Source of the DNA: a virus
Direction: 5' to 3' (one strand)
Virus record (IMG/VR): IMGVR_UViG_3300042914_002334
Location: 1-64,000 of that record
Length of the DNA stretch: 64,000 nt
A model generated the notes under the pieces. It searched no databases, was not told the origin of the DNA, and saw only the letters and a list, made by a program, of their open reading frames with translations. Shown here piece after piece: positions 20,685 through 31,029 of this stretch (position 1 is its first letter; each line of letters starts with the position of its first letter). A program made the translations under genes and the position numbers.

Positions 20685-23600
20685 TTAAAATGAGCCCATA
20701 TCTAATGTGAACCCTGCTGGTTGATCGAAGGTTCCAAAATCTAATCCGCCAGCGGAAGAAATAGTAGCCCAACTTAACACTCCCGCGCCGTCCGTGGTTA
20801 AATATTTACTATTATTACCAGTCTGACTTGGCAATAAATTGTTAGCAGCGTCTGCTGCCGTTGTTGCACCGGTTCCGCCTTGTGCAATACTAAGTGCTGT
20901 TGTCAGTCCACTTATACTTGTAATGTCGCTATTGGCACCACTTGCCGCCGCACTTAGATTATTACGTGCAGTCGAGGCATCAGTTGCTCCAGTACCGCCG
21001 TTTGCTACTGGCAATGTTCCAGATACTTGTGTAGTCAAACTTACATCACTTAGTGTACCGCCTAATGTTAGATTTCCACTGGTAGTAACGGAACCAGTTA
21101 AAGTAATACCGTTTATGCTTCCTGTTCCTCCAACACTGGTAACAGTTCCATTGCTCGCTACATCCCAACTTAGTGTTCCACTACCGTCAGTCTTCAAGAA
21201 CTTTCCAGTGTGTGTTGCTTGATTTGGAAGTAAGTTAGTTATGGTGTTGACAGTTAAATCTACTGTTACAGAACCAGTACTGGCACTTACACTAACACTG
21301 TTGCTGCCGGCAGCGATTGAAGTAACGCCAGTGTTACTTATAGCGTTATTGATTATACTAATTCCAGTACCAGCACTATAAGTTCCAGGCCCACCAAACT
21401 GAGTGAATACTATGTTGCTGGTACCGATAGTAATGGTGCCAGTAGTGTTCATTACCCACTGTGTTCCACTCTGCGTACCCTCTTGAATATAGGTTGCATC
21501 TCCGGCTATTACTTCACCAGTGGCATCAAAATCACCCGCACGACTTAAAGTCCAAGGATTACTTGTTTGAGTTACGATATAGATGCCGTTTTGTTTGGCG
21601 TCAGTTTGATTTTTAACAAGAACGCGGTCGTTTACATTTAACGTTACGCCATCAATTGTTGAAAGTTCTTCAGAACCAATCAAAGTGGCTCCTACTCCAT
21701 TGCTACCATTGCCATAAGTCGCAGACAAATTAGATGTAGTAGTCACACGACATGCCAGATGTACATTTAATCCACTTGCAATATTGTCAACATACTGTTT
21801 TGTCGCAGCACCAAGTCCTGTACTTGGATCGGCATTCAATATTAGTGCGCCAGTCATTGTGTCGCCGGCAATATTTACTGCACCTAAATTACTACGTGCT
21901 CCAGCAGCATCAGTTGCTCCAGTTCCGCCGTTTGCTACTGCTAATGTTCCTGCAAGTGTAATTGTTCCACTACTGGTAATTGGTCCACCGCTTGTTGTTA
22001 GTCCCGTGGTTCCACCACTTAGTGCTACGCTTGTAACCGTGCCAGCGCCAGCAGAAATTGTGGTCCAGGTAGGAGCACTACTACTTCCATTACTCGTTAA
22101 TACTTGTCCGCTTGTTCCGTAATTTGCGCCACTTAAACCCCATGCTCCAGATGGTATTATTCGTAGTCGTTCAGTATTTACAATATTAAAATACAAACTA
22201 CCATTTCCACTTACGCCAGATCCACTTTTTAGTGTTACATCACCGCCAGTAGACGGAAGACCAACATCCGCAAGCGCCCCGGCCCCGCCTGTTATAGTTA
22301 CACTACCACCCTGTCTGTAGACACTGGCTCCGCCAGTTATATTGATTGATCCACCCTGCCCGGCTGCGGAGCCGGCGCCATTAGGGAAACTTCCTGCTGT
22401 TATACTAATACTTGAGTTTGAAGTTCCCGCTATTGTAAATGGACTTCCGGCTATTGTTAGTTGATTTGTTCCATTATACGTGAGACTGCTGCTACCAGTT
22501 AGTGATCCGGCGCTGTTATAAATTAGTTGCGTATTAGAACCTGCTGTTGTGGTTGGAGTCGCCCAAGTGGGAACACCACCGCTAACGGTTAATACTTGTC
22601 CAGTTGTTCCTATAGTGCGCTTAGTCAATGTGTTAGTAGCACTGGCATATAAAATATCTCCAGTAGCGTATGTAGTTTGACTGGTTCCGCCGTTTGCTAC
22701 TGCTAATGTTCCTGCAAGTGTAATTGTGCCGTTTGTGGTAATTGGTCCTCCACTTGTTGTTAGACCTGTAGTTCCTCCGCTAACTGCAATACTCGTTACG
22801 GTCCCAACTCCGCCAGCGGCCGCCCATTTGACTCCTTCTGTTGTAGTAGAATCGGCAGCAAGAACTTGTCCATCGGAACCAGCGGTCAATCTTACATTAT
22901 TAGTTCCGTTAAAGACGATAATGTCGCCTTTTGTTGTTAGCGGAGATAACCCATCAAAGGCTCCAGTTTTAGATGTAGCACCAGTTCCACCCTGTGCAAT
23001 ACTTAGTGCAGTGGTCAGACCACTTATACTTGTAATGTCGCTGTTAGCGCCGCTCTTTGCAGCACTTAGATTGCTACGTGCAGTGGCAGCATCAGTAGCA
23101 CCAGTTCCACCGTTTGCTACTGCTAATGTTCCAGCAAGAGTAATTGTTCCACTACTTGTGATTGGGCCGCCACTTGTAGTTAGTCCAGTTGTACCTCCAC
23201 TTAATGCTACACTGGTTACTGTTCCAAGTCCACTCAGTGTTTGCCAAGTAGGAGCACTACTGCTTCCACCACTCATCAACACTTGACCGTTTGTTCCATA
23301 GTTGGCGCCGCCAAGTCCCCACGCTCCAGCCGAAGTAATACGCAATCTTTCTGTTAGCGTTTCTCCAGTTGAGATAAAAACAGAACCTGATCTAAATGAC
23401 CCCGAACCGGCTTGTAGATATACATCGCCGCCGGCGCCATAATATGGTGCCCCTGGACCGCCCTTGATATAAACATTTCCTGGGTCTCCTCCTACTACCG
23501 AGGTATTTCCCGATTGTCCGGCAACTACGATAATATCAGAGCCTCCACTAGCAGTGTTGGCTCCGGGTGCACCAGCAATAGTAAATGTCCCTTCGCTTAA

Positions 23601-23999
23601 TCCAACTGTGAGAGTTGAACTGCTGTAACTCATTAATGATGTTGCATCAAATGCACCGCTGTTGTTAAACAGTAGTTGTCCCGATGATCCAGCAAGAGAA
23701 GAACGCCCAGTTCCACCCTGTGCTACACTTAATGCTGTTGTTAGACCAGTTAAACTTGTAATATCACTGTTTGCACCACTCTTTGCAGCACTTAGATTAC
23801 TACGTGCAGTCTCGGCATCACCTGCTCCAGTTCCACCGTTTGCAAGAGCCAGTGTTCCCTGAGTGATATTACTTGCGTTAGACGCAAAATTTTTAGTCGC
23901 AGCGTCTTGTGCGTTAGTTGGGTCAGCCAAGTCAGTAATTGGAGCATCAGATACACTAATACCCGTCGTAGTTGTAAATGGAACCTTAATACTACTCAT
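20685..23999 (-). CDS. fibre shaft protein with doubled C-terminal DxGxF motif
   Basis: GGTTGLTTSGGPIT..GTLAVANGGT x3, GANSDITS x3, RVLVKNQ domain; ends LDFGTFDQPAGFTLDMGSF. Confidence 0.8.
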   Translation of the reverse strand: MSSIKVPFTTTTGISVSDAPITDLADPTNAQDAATKNFASNASNITQGTLALANGGTGAGDAETARSNLSAAKSGANSDITSLTGLTTALSVAQGGTGRSSLAGSSGQLLFNNSGAFDATSLMSYSSSTLTVGLSEGTFTIAGAPGANTASGGSDIIVVAGQSGNTSVVGGDPGNVYIKGGPGAPYYGAGGDVYLQAGSGSFRSGSVFISTGETLTERLRITSAGAWGLGGANYGTNGQVLMSGGSSSAPTWQTLSGLGTVTSVALSGGTTGLTTSGGPITSSGTITLAGTLAVANGGTGATDAATARSNLSAAKSGANSDITSISGLTTALSIAQGGTGATSKTGAFDGLSPLTTKGDIIVFNGTNNVRLTAGSDGQVLAADSTTTEGVKWAAAGGVGTVTSIAVSGGTTGLTTSGGPITTNGTITLAGTLAVANGGTSQTTYATGDILYASATNTLTKRTIGTTGQVLTVSGGVPTWATPTTTAGSNTQLIYNSAGSLTGSSSLTYNGTNQLTIAGSPFTIAGTSNSSISITAGSFPNGAGSAAGQGGSINITGGASVYRQGGSVTITGGAGALADVGLPSTGGDVTLKSGSGVSGNGSLYFNIVNTERLRIIPSGAWGLSGANYGTSGQVLTSNGSSSAPTWTTISAGAGTVTSVALSGGTTGLTTSGGPITSSGTITLAGTLAVANGGTGATDAAGARSNLGAVNIAGDTMTGALILNADPSTGLGAATKQYVDNIASGLNVHLACRVTTTSNLSATYGNGSNGVGATLIGSEELSTIDGVTLNVNDRVLVKNQTDAKQNGIYIVTQTSNPWTLSRAGDFDATGEVIAGDATYIQEGTQSGTQWVMNTTGTITIGTSNIVFTQFGGPGTYSAGTGISIINNAISNTGVTSIAAGSNSVSVSASTGSVTVDLTVNTITNLLPNQATHTGKFLKTDGSGTLSWDVASNGTVTSVGGTGSINGITLTGSVTTSGNLTLGGTLSDVSLTTQVSGTLPVANGGTGATDASTARNNLSAAASGANSDITSISGLTTALSIAQGGTGATTAADAANNLLPSQTGNNSKYLTTDGAGVLSWATISSAGGLDFGTFDQPAGFTLDMGSF

Positions 24000-24040
24000 A
24001 TTTTCTTTCCTTATCCAATATAGTATTTATTCCATTCTCG

Positions 24041-25747
24041 TCAAACATTTATACAGGTTCTAATGGCACGAATTGTGGTAACTGCATTTGTTGGAGTTAC
24101 TCTTAATTGAATTGTTCCATTAGTGTAATTTGCATTAAATGTTGCGAGTGCGGTGCCAGTGTTTATGTTAGCAAATTCAGTGTAATATGCCACGGAATCA
24201 TCATGTGTAATCAACATTTCACTTGTTTGATGAGAACTTCCACTACTTACTTGTATAACATACTTTACAGTTCTATAGGTCGTTCCACTAACACTATCTA
24301 TTACTTGATTGGCAGCATTTGTAGTAGTAATTAGAGTGATCGTTCCAATATTTCCTTGATTTACACTCAATACCGGAGCATAAAGTGTTCCTGTGTTTGG
24401 ATTATATTTTAGATTAGCGGTTGTGTTGAGTGCCTGTGCTGTAGTTGTATTGTTTTCAATAAACGGCAAATAAAAATTAGCATCAGTAGTTACTGCTCCG
24501 GTATTTTGAACCGTGTTTGCTGATCCAACTGATCCAGTGATATCGCCAGCACTAATTGTGCTGCTACTGATTAGTGCAGTTCCATTACTTTTTATGTATC
24601 CAGCACTGAAACTTGTTTGTCCAGTTCCGCCCTGTGCAATACTGAGTGCAGTTGTTAAACCGCTTAGACTTGTAATATCGCTATTGGCTCCACTCTTTGC
24701 TACACTTAAATTAGTTCTTGCATCGCTGGCAGTTGTTGCACCAGTGCCTCCACTCGCTATTGGTAGAGTTCCACTAAATGATACAGTAATACCTCCAGTT
24801 GAGGCAGAAACTCCTATATTTGTTCCACCAGTCAAACTCGTAACGCCAGTGTTATTTACAGTTGTTCCGTCGATTGAAATCGCGGTTCCTGCTACAAATG
24901 TTCCTGGACCTCCAAACTGTGACCAAACAATTGCAGAACTGCCAATTGTTATTGTTCCAGAAGTGGACATTACCCAGTGAGTTCCAGCAAGAGTTCCTTC
25001 TTGAATATAAACAGCATCACCTGCTACTATCTCGCCAGTTGGACTACCATCGAAGTCTGATGCACGGGTTAGAACCCAATTATCCACCGTAGTGGTAACT
25101 ACATATATACCATTTTGTGATGTAGTTGATTGTGATTTTACAAGAACTCTGTCATTGGTTGTTAAGGTAACACCGCTGATTTGTGGCAAACTTCCAGTTC
25201 CGGTTAGTGTTGCTCCAACACCGCTGGTTCCATTATCGTAAGTTGCAGTTAGACTTGAAGAAGTCGCAGTTCTACAAGCCAAATGTATGTTAAGTCCAGT
25301 TGCAACATTATCAACATATTGTTTTGTTGCTGCATGCAGTGAAGAACTTGGATTTGCACTAAGAGTAAGTGCTCCAGTCATAGTATCGCCTGCTTTATTT
25401 ACTGGGGTATAACCAACTATGTTTTGTAGAGCTTCTGCTTGTGTAGTTGCTCCAGTTCCGCCCTTGCTTATAGATACCGTGTTTAGTGATAAACTAATGC
25501 TTCCACTTGTGGTTACGGGACTACCAGATACAGTCAAGTCGCTACTGCTGATACCAACACTGGTAACAGTTCCGCTGCCTCCGCCACCCCCGCCAGCGGC
25601 ATTTAACTGTTGTATTGAGTTGTCTGAACGCTTGTAAAACAATTTACCATCAGCGTAATTTATGGCTAACTCGCCATAATCCAAATCTTGTGCGGTTGGA
25701 ACTTTGCCTTGCACAGACGATTTTTTAATCGTTATTTTATTTGCCAT
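24041..25747 (-). CDS. fibre protein with gp37-N-like N-terminus
   Basis: Start moved to ATG 25747 (AGGTG RBS); MANKITIKKSSVQGKVP..GELAINYADGKLFYK; RVLVKSQ domain; C-terminal VIDS..YRTVKYVIQ beta domain. Confidence 0.8.
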   Translation of the reverse strand: MANKITIKKSSVQGKVPTAQDLDYGELAINYADGKLFYKRSDNSIQQLNAAGGGGGGSGTVTSVGISSSDLTVSGSPVTTSGSISLSLNTVSISKGGTGATTQAEALQNIVGYTPVNKAGDTMTGALTLSANPSSSLHAATKQYVDNVATGLNIHLACRTATSSSLTATYDNGTSGVGATLTGTGSLPQISGVTLTTNDRVLVKSQSTTSQNGIYVVTTTVDNWVLTRASDFDGSPTGEIVAGDAVYIQEGTLAGTHWVMSTSGTITIGSSAIVWSQFGGPGTFVAGTAISIDGTTVNNTGVTSLTGGTNIGVSASTGGITVSFSGTLPIASGGTGATTASDARTNLSVAKSGANSDITSLSGLTTALSIAQGGTGQTSFSAGYIKSNGTALISSSTISAGDITGSVGSANTVQNTGAVTTDANFYLPFIENNTTTAQALNTTANLKYNPNTGTLYAPVLSVNQGNIGTITLITTTNAANQVIDSVSGTTYRTVKYVIQVSSGSSHQTSEMLITHDDSVAYYTEFANINTGTALATFNANYTNGTIQLRVTPTNAVTTIRAIRTCINV

Positions 25748-25811
25748 TGTGTCACCTAATAAGGATGTCAAAGAAATAATAATTTCTTTAGTATTTGTAT
25801 TTAGCAGAAAT

Positions 25812-25842
25812 AAAAAAAAGAGAGAAATTAATTTCTCTCTTT
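25812..25842 (-). terminator. intrinsic terminator (AGAGAG family)
   Basis: AAAGAGAGAAAT-TA-ATTTCTCTCTTT with a T8 tract on the minus strand, just after the 25860 stop. Confidence 0.75.
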
Positions 25843-25859
25843 AAATATTGTTTGATATT

Positions 25860-26990
25860 TTAAAATCCAGGGTTTGTTGGCAAGGATCTAATAGAAGGAA
25901 TTGTTCCTATATTTGTACTGGTAGTATAAGCAAGAGACGCAGTGGTAGGACTCTTAGTTACAATCCACTCATTATTATTAGAAAATGGATTCATTGACGC
26001 CGCATTAAATCCTGAAATAGGAGAACCACTGTTTAGTCTAGTATTGGGTCCGTATCTTAACGGAGCATTTCCAAAAGAACTAGACGCACTTCTAACTGCC
26101 GCAATTAATCCCTTGCCTTGAATATTAGTAATAGTATTACCTTGAACAGTAAAACGAACTTTATTTGTGTTCCAAGAAGAATTCATTGTAACAAAAGAAT
26201 CTGTTTCATTTGAGATATTATTGATAACAATCAAATCATAAAATGCCGTGTTTCCAGCAGGATTAGAAAAGTTTTCATTAAATATAAAGTGACGAGATTG
26301 TCCCTGTTGTAACTGATTGTATGCTATCATCAAAACTCCAGCAGTAGGACTGACATTCACTACATTAAAATTAGTTGCATTTAAATTATTTCTAAAATAA
26401 TTTTGATAGACAAAAGATGTTCTTAGCATACTCGTGTCGATTAATGATTGTATTTTAACACCGTGATACCCTCCACTATTATTAGTAGAACCGTGCATTT
26501 TATAAAAATAACAGTTGTATATTGTAAATCCTACACTGTTAGTAGTTATTCCAGCGTGATCAAATTCAATATTACAATCTCGCACAACTACGTCTGGTCT
26601 AGTAATACTAATAGCACCCACTGACCCGCCGGCAGAAGTTTGACGTATAGTCAATGACCCAAGCACAATATTGGGCGCGTCACAACGAAATAAAGTTCCG
26701 GAGCCTTGAATAATAACAGAACTACTTTCTCCCCAAATTTGTACTGACTTAGTTATTGGTACACTCATAAAAATATTCGTGTATGTGCCATTTTTGATAA
26801 CGAGTTTATGTCCGTCTTTTACTCTACTATCTGATAGCGCCGCAGTTAAAGTTGTAAAATCAGATCCAGAACCCGATGGTCCAACTCTCCAATTTGTTTT
26901 TGGAGGTGGAGGTGGTGCTGGAGGAGGCGCAGCCATTTTGACGGTTCCAGTAGTTTTAACGTTTTGAACTGTGATACGTTTAGTTGCCAT
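25860..26990 (-). CDS. right-handed beta-helix (pectin lyase/pectinesterase-like) protein with poly-Pro linker
   Basis: VGPSGSGSDFTTLTAAL..LVIKNGTY..ITKSVQIWG followed by Asn-rich beta-helix repeats; AAPPPAPPPPP linker. Confidence 0.65.
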   Translation of the reverse strand: MATKRITVQNVKTTGTVKMAAPPPAPPPPPKTNWRVGPSGSGSDFTTLTAALSDSRVKDGHKLVIKNGTYTNIFMSVPITKSVQIWGESSSVIIQGSGTLFRCDAPNIVLGSLTIRQTSAGGSVGAISITRPDVVVRDCNIEFDHAGITTNSVGFTIYNCYFYKMHGSTNNSGGYHGVKIQSLIDTSMLRTSFVYQNYFRNNLNATNFNVVNVSPTAGVLMIAYNQLQQGQSRHFIFNENFSNPAGNTAFYDLIVINNISNETDSFVTMNSSWNTNKVRFTVQGNTITNIQGKGLIAAVRSASSSFGNAPLRYGPNTRLNSGSPISGFNAASMNPFSNNNEWIVTKSPTTASLAYTTSTNIGTIPSIRSLPTNPGF

Positions 26991-27016
26991 AATTTTATTC
27001 CTTTTAGTATTTATGT

Positions 27017-27047
27017 AAAAAAAGAGAGAAGATATTTCTCTCTTTTT
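27017..27047 (-). terminator. intrinsic terminator (AGAGAG family)
   Basis: AAAAAGAGAGAA-GATAT-TTCTCTCTTTTT. Confidence 0.75.
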
Positions 27048-27064
27048 ATTCAGATAATCAAATA

Positions 27065-28933
27065 TTAATACTCTCCGCCATCTATATCAGAGACGGCGGC
27101 AGTAATTGTTTGATCAACATAATACTTGTTTGTCAAATCATTATTAGCTAATCCAGTTGCATAGTCTGCGGCAACAGGACCAGCAATACTCATCTTGTTT
27201 GTTGTTTCTGAACCCTCTGGCGCTGCTAATGTCACTACAATGTCACCAGCCCCTGATTGTAAAGTAAGACCAGCAGTACCAATAATACTTAGTGTATCAC
27301 CGGGACCAGATTCTATCTGACTGGAACTACTGTTAGGTGCGTCAAATACAACATTATCAGTTTGAATTACCACACTTCCAGTTCCATTTGGAAGTAGTTT
27401 CAAGTCTGAATTTTCGCCTATGGTAGATATTGTTACGTCACCGTTAGCAGCAGTAGCAATCGTTGCTCCGCCAACAGTTAATGTATCAGTTGTTCCATTC
27501 CAAGCAAGTCCATCGACAGTAGAAACAGGATCAGTTCCATTTCCAAGTAGTATACTACCAGCAGTTAATGTTGATGCTCCAGTACCGCCTTTACTAACAG
27601 GTAGTGTTCCAGTTACTTTATCTGTTGTTAGATCAACAGCACCAGTAGCTAATTTAGCCGAAGTAATTGCTGCATCTTTAACTTGCAGTGCATCGCTACC
27701 ATTAACTTCAATAGTAGAATCATCTACTAAAACGTTAATTGTGTTGCCAGTATCCGATAATCCAGCACCCCATACATATGTTCCAGCACCACTAAATTGT
27801 ACCCACGTAACACTGTCAGTTCCAACACTAGATATAGTGGCCGTTTGTGTCCAACCCGTTGACTGCCAAGTTGATCCTTCTTTGACGTAAACTGCGGCAC
27901 CGTCAAATTCTGCTGGATCACTCATATCTTCTGCACGAACTGCTCCAGTTAATGAAACAATATAAATGCCATTTTGAGACGCGGTAGGTTGATTCTTAAC
28001 AAGAACACGATCACCAGATGCTAATGTTACACCGTCAACTGTATCTCCAGCCTTTAAGTCTGCCACTACCGTTATTGCCGCTGTAGTTGCGACTCTGACT
28101 GCATTTTTCCAAGACAGACCAGTTGTTAGTGCATCAACATATCCCTTAGTAACAGCGTGTGTAGAAGAAGACGGAGCACCAGTTATTGATACGCTATTGA
28201 ATGTGACATCAGCATCAGTTGCAACTGATTGTCCGATTGCAATTGCGCCGTCAGTAATCGTAACACCGGTTCCTTCTGTAAAAGCACCGCGAATATCAGC
28301 ATCTGTTACTTTAGTAAAGGTAAATATTCCAGTTGATGAACTGTAAGATATTGCTCCATAACCAGTTCCGCTATTAGCAGCACTTACGGCAGCCTGAGCG
28401 AGAGCGTTACTAAACCACTTGTTAGTTGCTCCTACTTCTTGAGAAATGTCATCTGTGTTTAGTGTTACACTGGAACCCAAATCAACTGACTTACCGTTAA
28501 TTGTAATACTCTTGTATGCCAACATAGTATTGGTAACAGTTCCAGTGTCGCCATTTCCAATTAAAGTTCCAGATGTTGATGGCAACGTGAAACTAGTTGT
28601 CCCGGCTGCTACTGGAGCTATTAAAGTAGCGGTTCCGCTTGTTGATCCAGAAAAAATGGCTGATGATAACCCGACGGCGCCAAGACCAGAAACATTCTTA
28701 GATGCGTCTATAATAACTGCTTTGCTCGCAGCAGCAGTACCAGCAGTTACATTGCTTAGTAGACCGGTGTAGTAGGCCCCGCCAGCTTCTACAATCTCTA
28801 CACTTGTTCCATTGGTGCTGCTACCAAAATATAACTTACCAGAACCAGATGAGTATGCTAACTCACCGAATGCTAAGCTTGTTGGTGCTGCTAAACCAGT
28901 AGAACGCTTGATTTTAATAGTTGATGATGACAC
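27065..28933 (-). CDS. fibre protein with N-terminal gp37-N-like domain and C-terminal DGGEY
   Basis: GTG start, AGGAG RBS; TIKIKRSTG..LAFGELAYSSGSGKLYFG; RVLVKNQ domain; ends DIDGGEY. Confidence 0.8.
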   Translation of the reverse strand: MSSSTIKIKRSTGLAAPTSLAFGELAYSSGSGKLYFGSSTNGTSVEIVEAGGAYYTGLLSNVTAGTAAASKAVIIDASKNVSGLGAVGLSSAIFSGSTSGTATLIAPVAAGTTSFTLPSTSGTLIGNGDTGTVTNTMLAYKSITINGKSVDLGSSVTLNTDDISQEVGATNKWFSNALAQAAVSAANSGTGYGAISYSSSTGIFTFTKVTDADIRGAFTEGTGVTITDGAIAIGQSVATDADVTFNSVSITGAPSSSTHAVTKGYVDALTTGLSWKNAVRVATTAAITVVADLKAGDTVDGVTLASGDRVLVKNQPTASQNGIYIVSLTGAVRAEDMSDPAEFDGAAVYVKEGSTWQSTGWTQTATISSVGTDSVTWVQFSGAGTYVWGAGLSDTGNTINVLVDDSTIEVNGSDALQVKDAAITSAKLATGAVDLTTDKVTGTLPVSKGGTGASTLTAGSILLGNGTDPVSTVDGLAWNGTTDTLTVGGATIATAANGDVTISTIGENSDLKLLPNGTGSVVIQTDNVVFDAPNSSSSQIESGPGDTLSIIGTAGLTLQSGAGDIVVTLAAPEGSETTNKMSIAGPVAADYATGLANNDLTNKYYVDQTITAAVSDIDGGEY

Positions 28934-28985
28934 TTTTTTCTCCTAAGTTAGGTATGGTATATATCCTAAAGTATTTATCCAAAAT

Positions 28986-29015
28986 AAAAAAAAGAGAGTG
29001 ATAACTCTCTTTTTT
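28986..29015 (-). terminator. intrinsic terminator (AGAGAG family)
   Basis: AAAAAAGAGAGT-GATA-ACTCTCTTTTTT. Confidence 0.75.
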
Positions 29016-29045
29016 ATTAAATCAAACTAAGTTGATTAGATTTGA

Positions 29046-30935
29046 TTAGTATGTGCCGCCGTCAAGGTCAACATCTACAACACCGTCAGTGACAGTGAAG
29101 TGATTTGGATTGAATGCAGCAACACCCTTTGTTCCAGTTGTTGTAGCAACAGCAACACTTACGGTTACTGTGTTAGCAGTAACAGCAGTAGAGATTGCTC
29201 CACTTCCAGAAATTGCTAGAGATTCGCCTAGAGCAACAGCGTCAGAACCAGAACCACCAGTTAGAGTGATTGAGCTATTAGCCAACTTAGCGTTGGTAAC
29301 AGCACCGTCAGCGATCTTTGCTGTTGTTACAGCGTCACTAGCGATCTTGACTTCTGTTACAGCAGCAGAATCTAGTTCTGGTGTTCCAACACCACCTGCC
29401 TTGATTGCTACATGGCCACCAGCAACAGAGAAGTTAGTTGAATAGAAACTTGCAATACCCTTGTTAGTATCACTTGCGTCTTCGCCGCTTACTGTGATTG
29501 TTACGTCGCCGTTAGAGATTGTAACAGCGGTATCAATGCCTTCTCCGCCAGCTACTGTTAGTGTCTTGCCGTTAGCAAATGTTTCGCTTCCTGTGTCACC
29601 GGCAGCAGTGAAACTTGTAGAGATGCTTGCAGTGCTTACTGCGGTTACTAGACCCTTAGCGTTAACAGTTACAACTGGAACTGCTGAAGATGAACCATAT
29701 GTTCCAACGTTTGTGTTGACTGTAGCTAGCTCTAGAGCTAGATCAACTGCCGCTGAACCGTCAAAACTTACAGCGGAAGCAGAAGCATCACCACTAGCAC
29801 TGAAGTTACGTGCTGTCTGTAGTGCGGTTGCGGTGTCAGCGTTACCTGTTAGAGCACCAGTAACATTGCCATAAACTCTACCGACGGTTAGATCCTTGTT
29901 TAGGTTCCAACGATCATCTGCACTTGAGTATGTTAATGTCGCTGGAGTTTCTGGACCTTCAACTGTTAGACCAGCACCATTAGCAGCAGCAGCAGTAGTA
30001 GCGCCCTTGGAAACAACGATGTTCTTGTCGGCAACTTCTAGAGTTGTAGAGTTAACTGTTGTTGTAGTACCATTTACAGTTAAATTGCCAGTTACAGTCA
30101 ATGCGCCTGTAACAGTAGCTGCACCAGAAATGCTAATACTTTCAGCAGTAATGTCATTAGAGTTTAGTGTGCCATCAACGGTAACGTTGTTGAACGTTAC
30201 GTTAGAAGTTGTACCAACTGCTTGACCAATAGCAACTTGACCGTCGGTGATAGTAACACCAGTTCCAGCACTGAAGTGTGCGCGAACTTCGCTTGCGCTT
30301 GGGCCAGTATAAGTAATTACACCAGTAGCAGCGTTGTATGACATGCTGCCATCGCCGCCTGCGTCAGTTACACTGATTGAGTCGCGAGCACGAGTTTGAG
30401 TGAAATATAGATTAGTAGTACCTTCAGCAATGTCGTCTGTGTCTAGATTGTTCAACAATTGTGAATCACTAAATGAGAACTTACCAGTAGCACTATCGTA
30501 TGTTAGTGCATCACTGCTTCCAGCAGCAACTCCTACTGAATCACGAGCACGAGTCTGTGTGAAGTATAGATTTGCATTTAGTCCAGTTCCCTCAGCTAGA
30601 GAGTTGGTGTTATGATTACTGATATCAGAAACTGTACCAGTTACATTACCAGTTAATGCACCAACGAAACTTGATGCGGTAACTGTTCCCAGGTTACCAA
30701 TATTTCTGCTTGCATCAACGATAAGAGCCTTGCTTGCGCTTGCTGTACCAGCAGTTACATCTAGCAAGTCTGCTAAATATGCGCCACCGATTAATGTGAC
30801 GGAAGAAGTTGTTCCATCTGTGCTGCTACCAAAATATAGCTTACCAGAACCAGATGAGTATGCTAACTCACCGAATGCTAAGCTTGCTGGCACTGAAGAG
30901 CCAGTAGAACGCTTGATTTTAATTGTATTTGCCAC
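29046..30935 (-). CDS. fibre protein with N-terminal gp37-N-like domain and C-terminal DGGTY
   Basis: GTG start, AGGAG RBS; NLYFTQTRARD x2, AVTxxKIA repeats; ends DLDGGTY. Confidence 0.8.
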   Translation of the reverse strand: MANTIKIKRSTGSSVPASLAFGELAYSSGSGKLYFGSSTDGTTSSVTLIGGAYLADLLDVTAGTASASKALIVDASRNIGNLGTVTASSFVGALTGNVTGTVSDISNHNTNSLAEGTGLNANLYFTQTRARDSVGVAAGSSDALTYDSATGKFSFSDSQLLNNLDTDDIAEGTTNLYFTQTRARDSISVTDAGGDGSMSYNAATGVITYTGPSASEVRAHFSAGTGVTITDGQVAIGQAVGTTSNVTFNNVTVDGTLNSNDITAESISISGAATVTGALTVTGNLTVNGTTTTVNSTTLEVADKNIVVSKGATTAAAANGAGLTVEGPETPATLTYSSADDRWNLNKDLTVGRVYGNVTGALTGNADTATALQTARNFSASGDASASAVSFDGSAAVDLALELATVNTNVGTYGSSSAVPVVTVNAKGLVTAVSTASISTSFTAAGDTGSETFANGKTLTVAGGEGIDTAVTISNGDVTITVSGEDASDTNKGIASFYSTNFSVAGGHVAIKAGGVGTPELDSAAVTEVKIASDAVTTAKIADGAVTNAKLANSSITLTGGSGSDAVALGESLAISGSGAISTAVTANTVTVSVAVATTTGTKGVAAFNPNHFTVTDGVVDVDLDGGTY

Positions 30936-31029
30936 TTTGTTTTTCTCCTAGGTTAAAGTGTTTTGTGATAAAAAATTTCTATTAGAAATTCTATTTTTAT
31001 TTATCACGATATATACTTTTTGAGTATTT

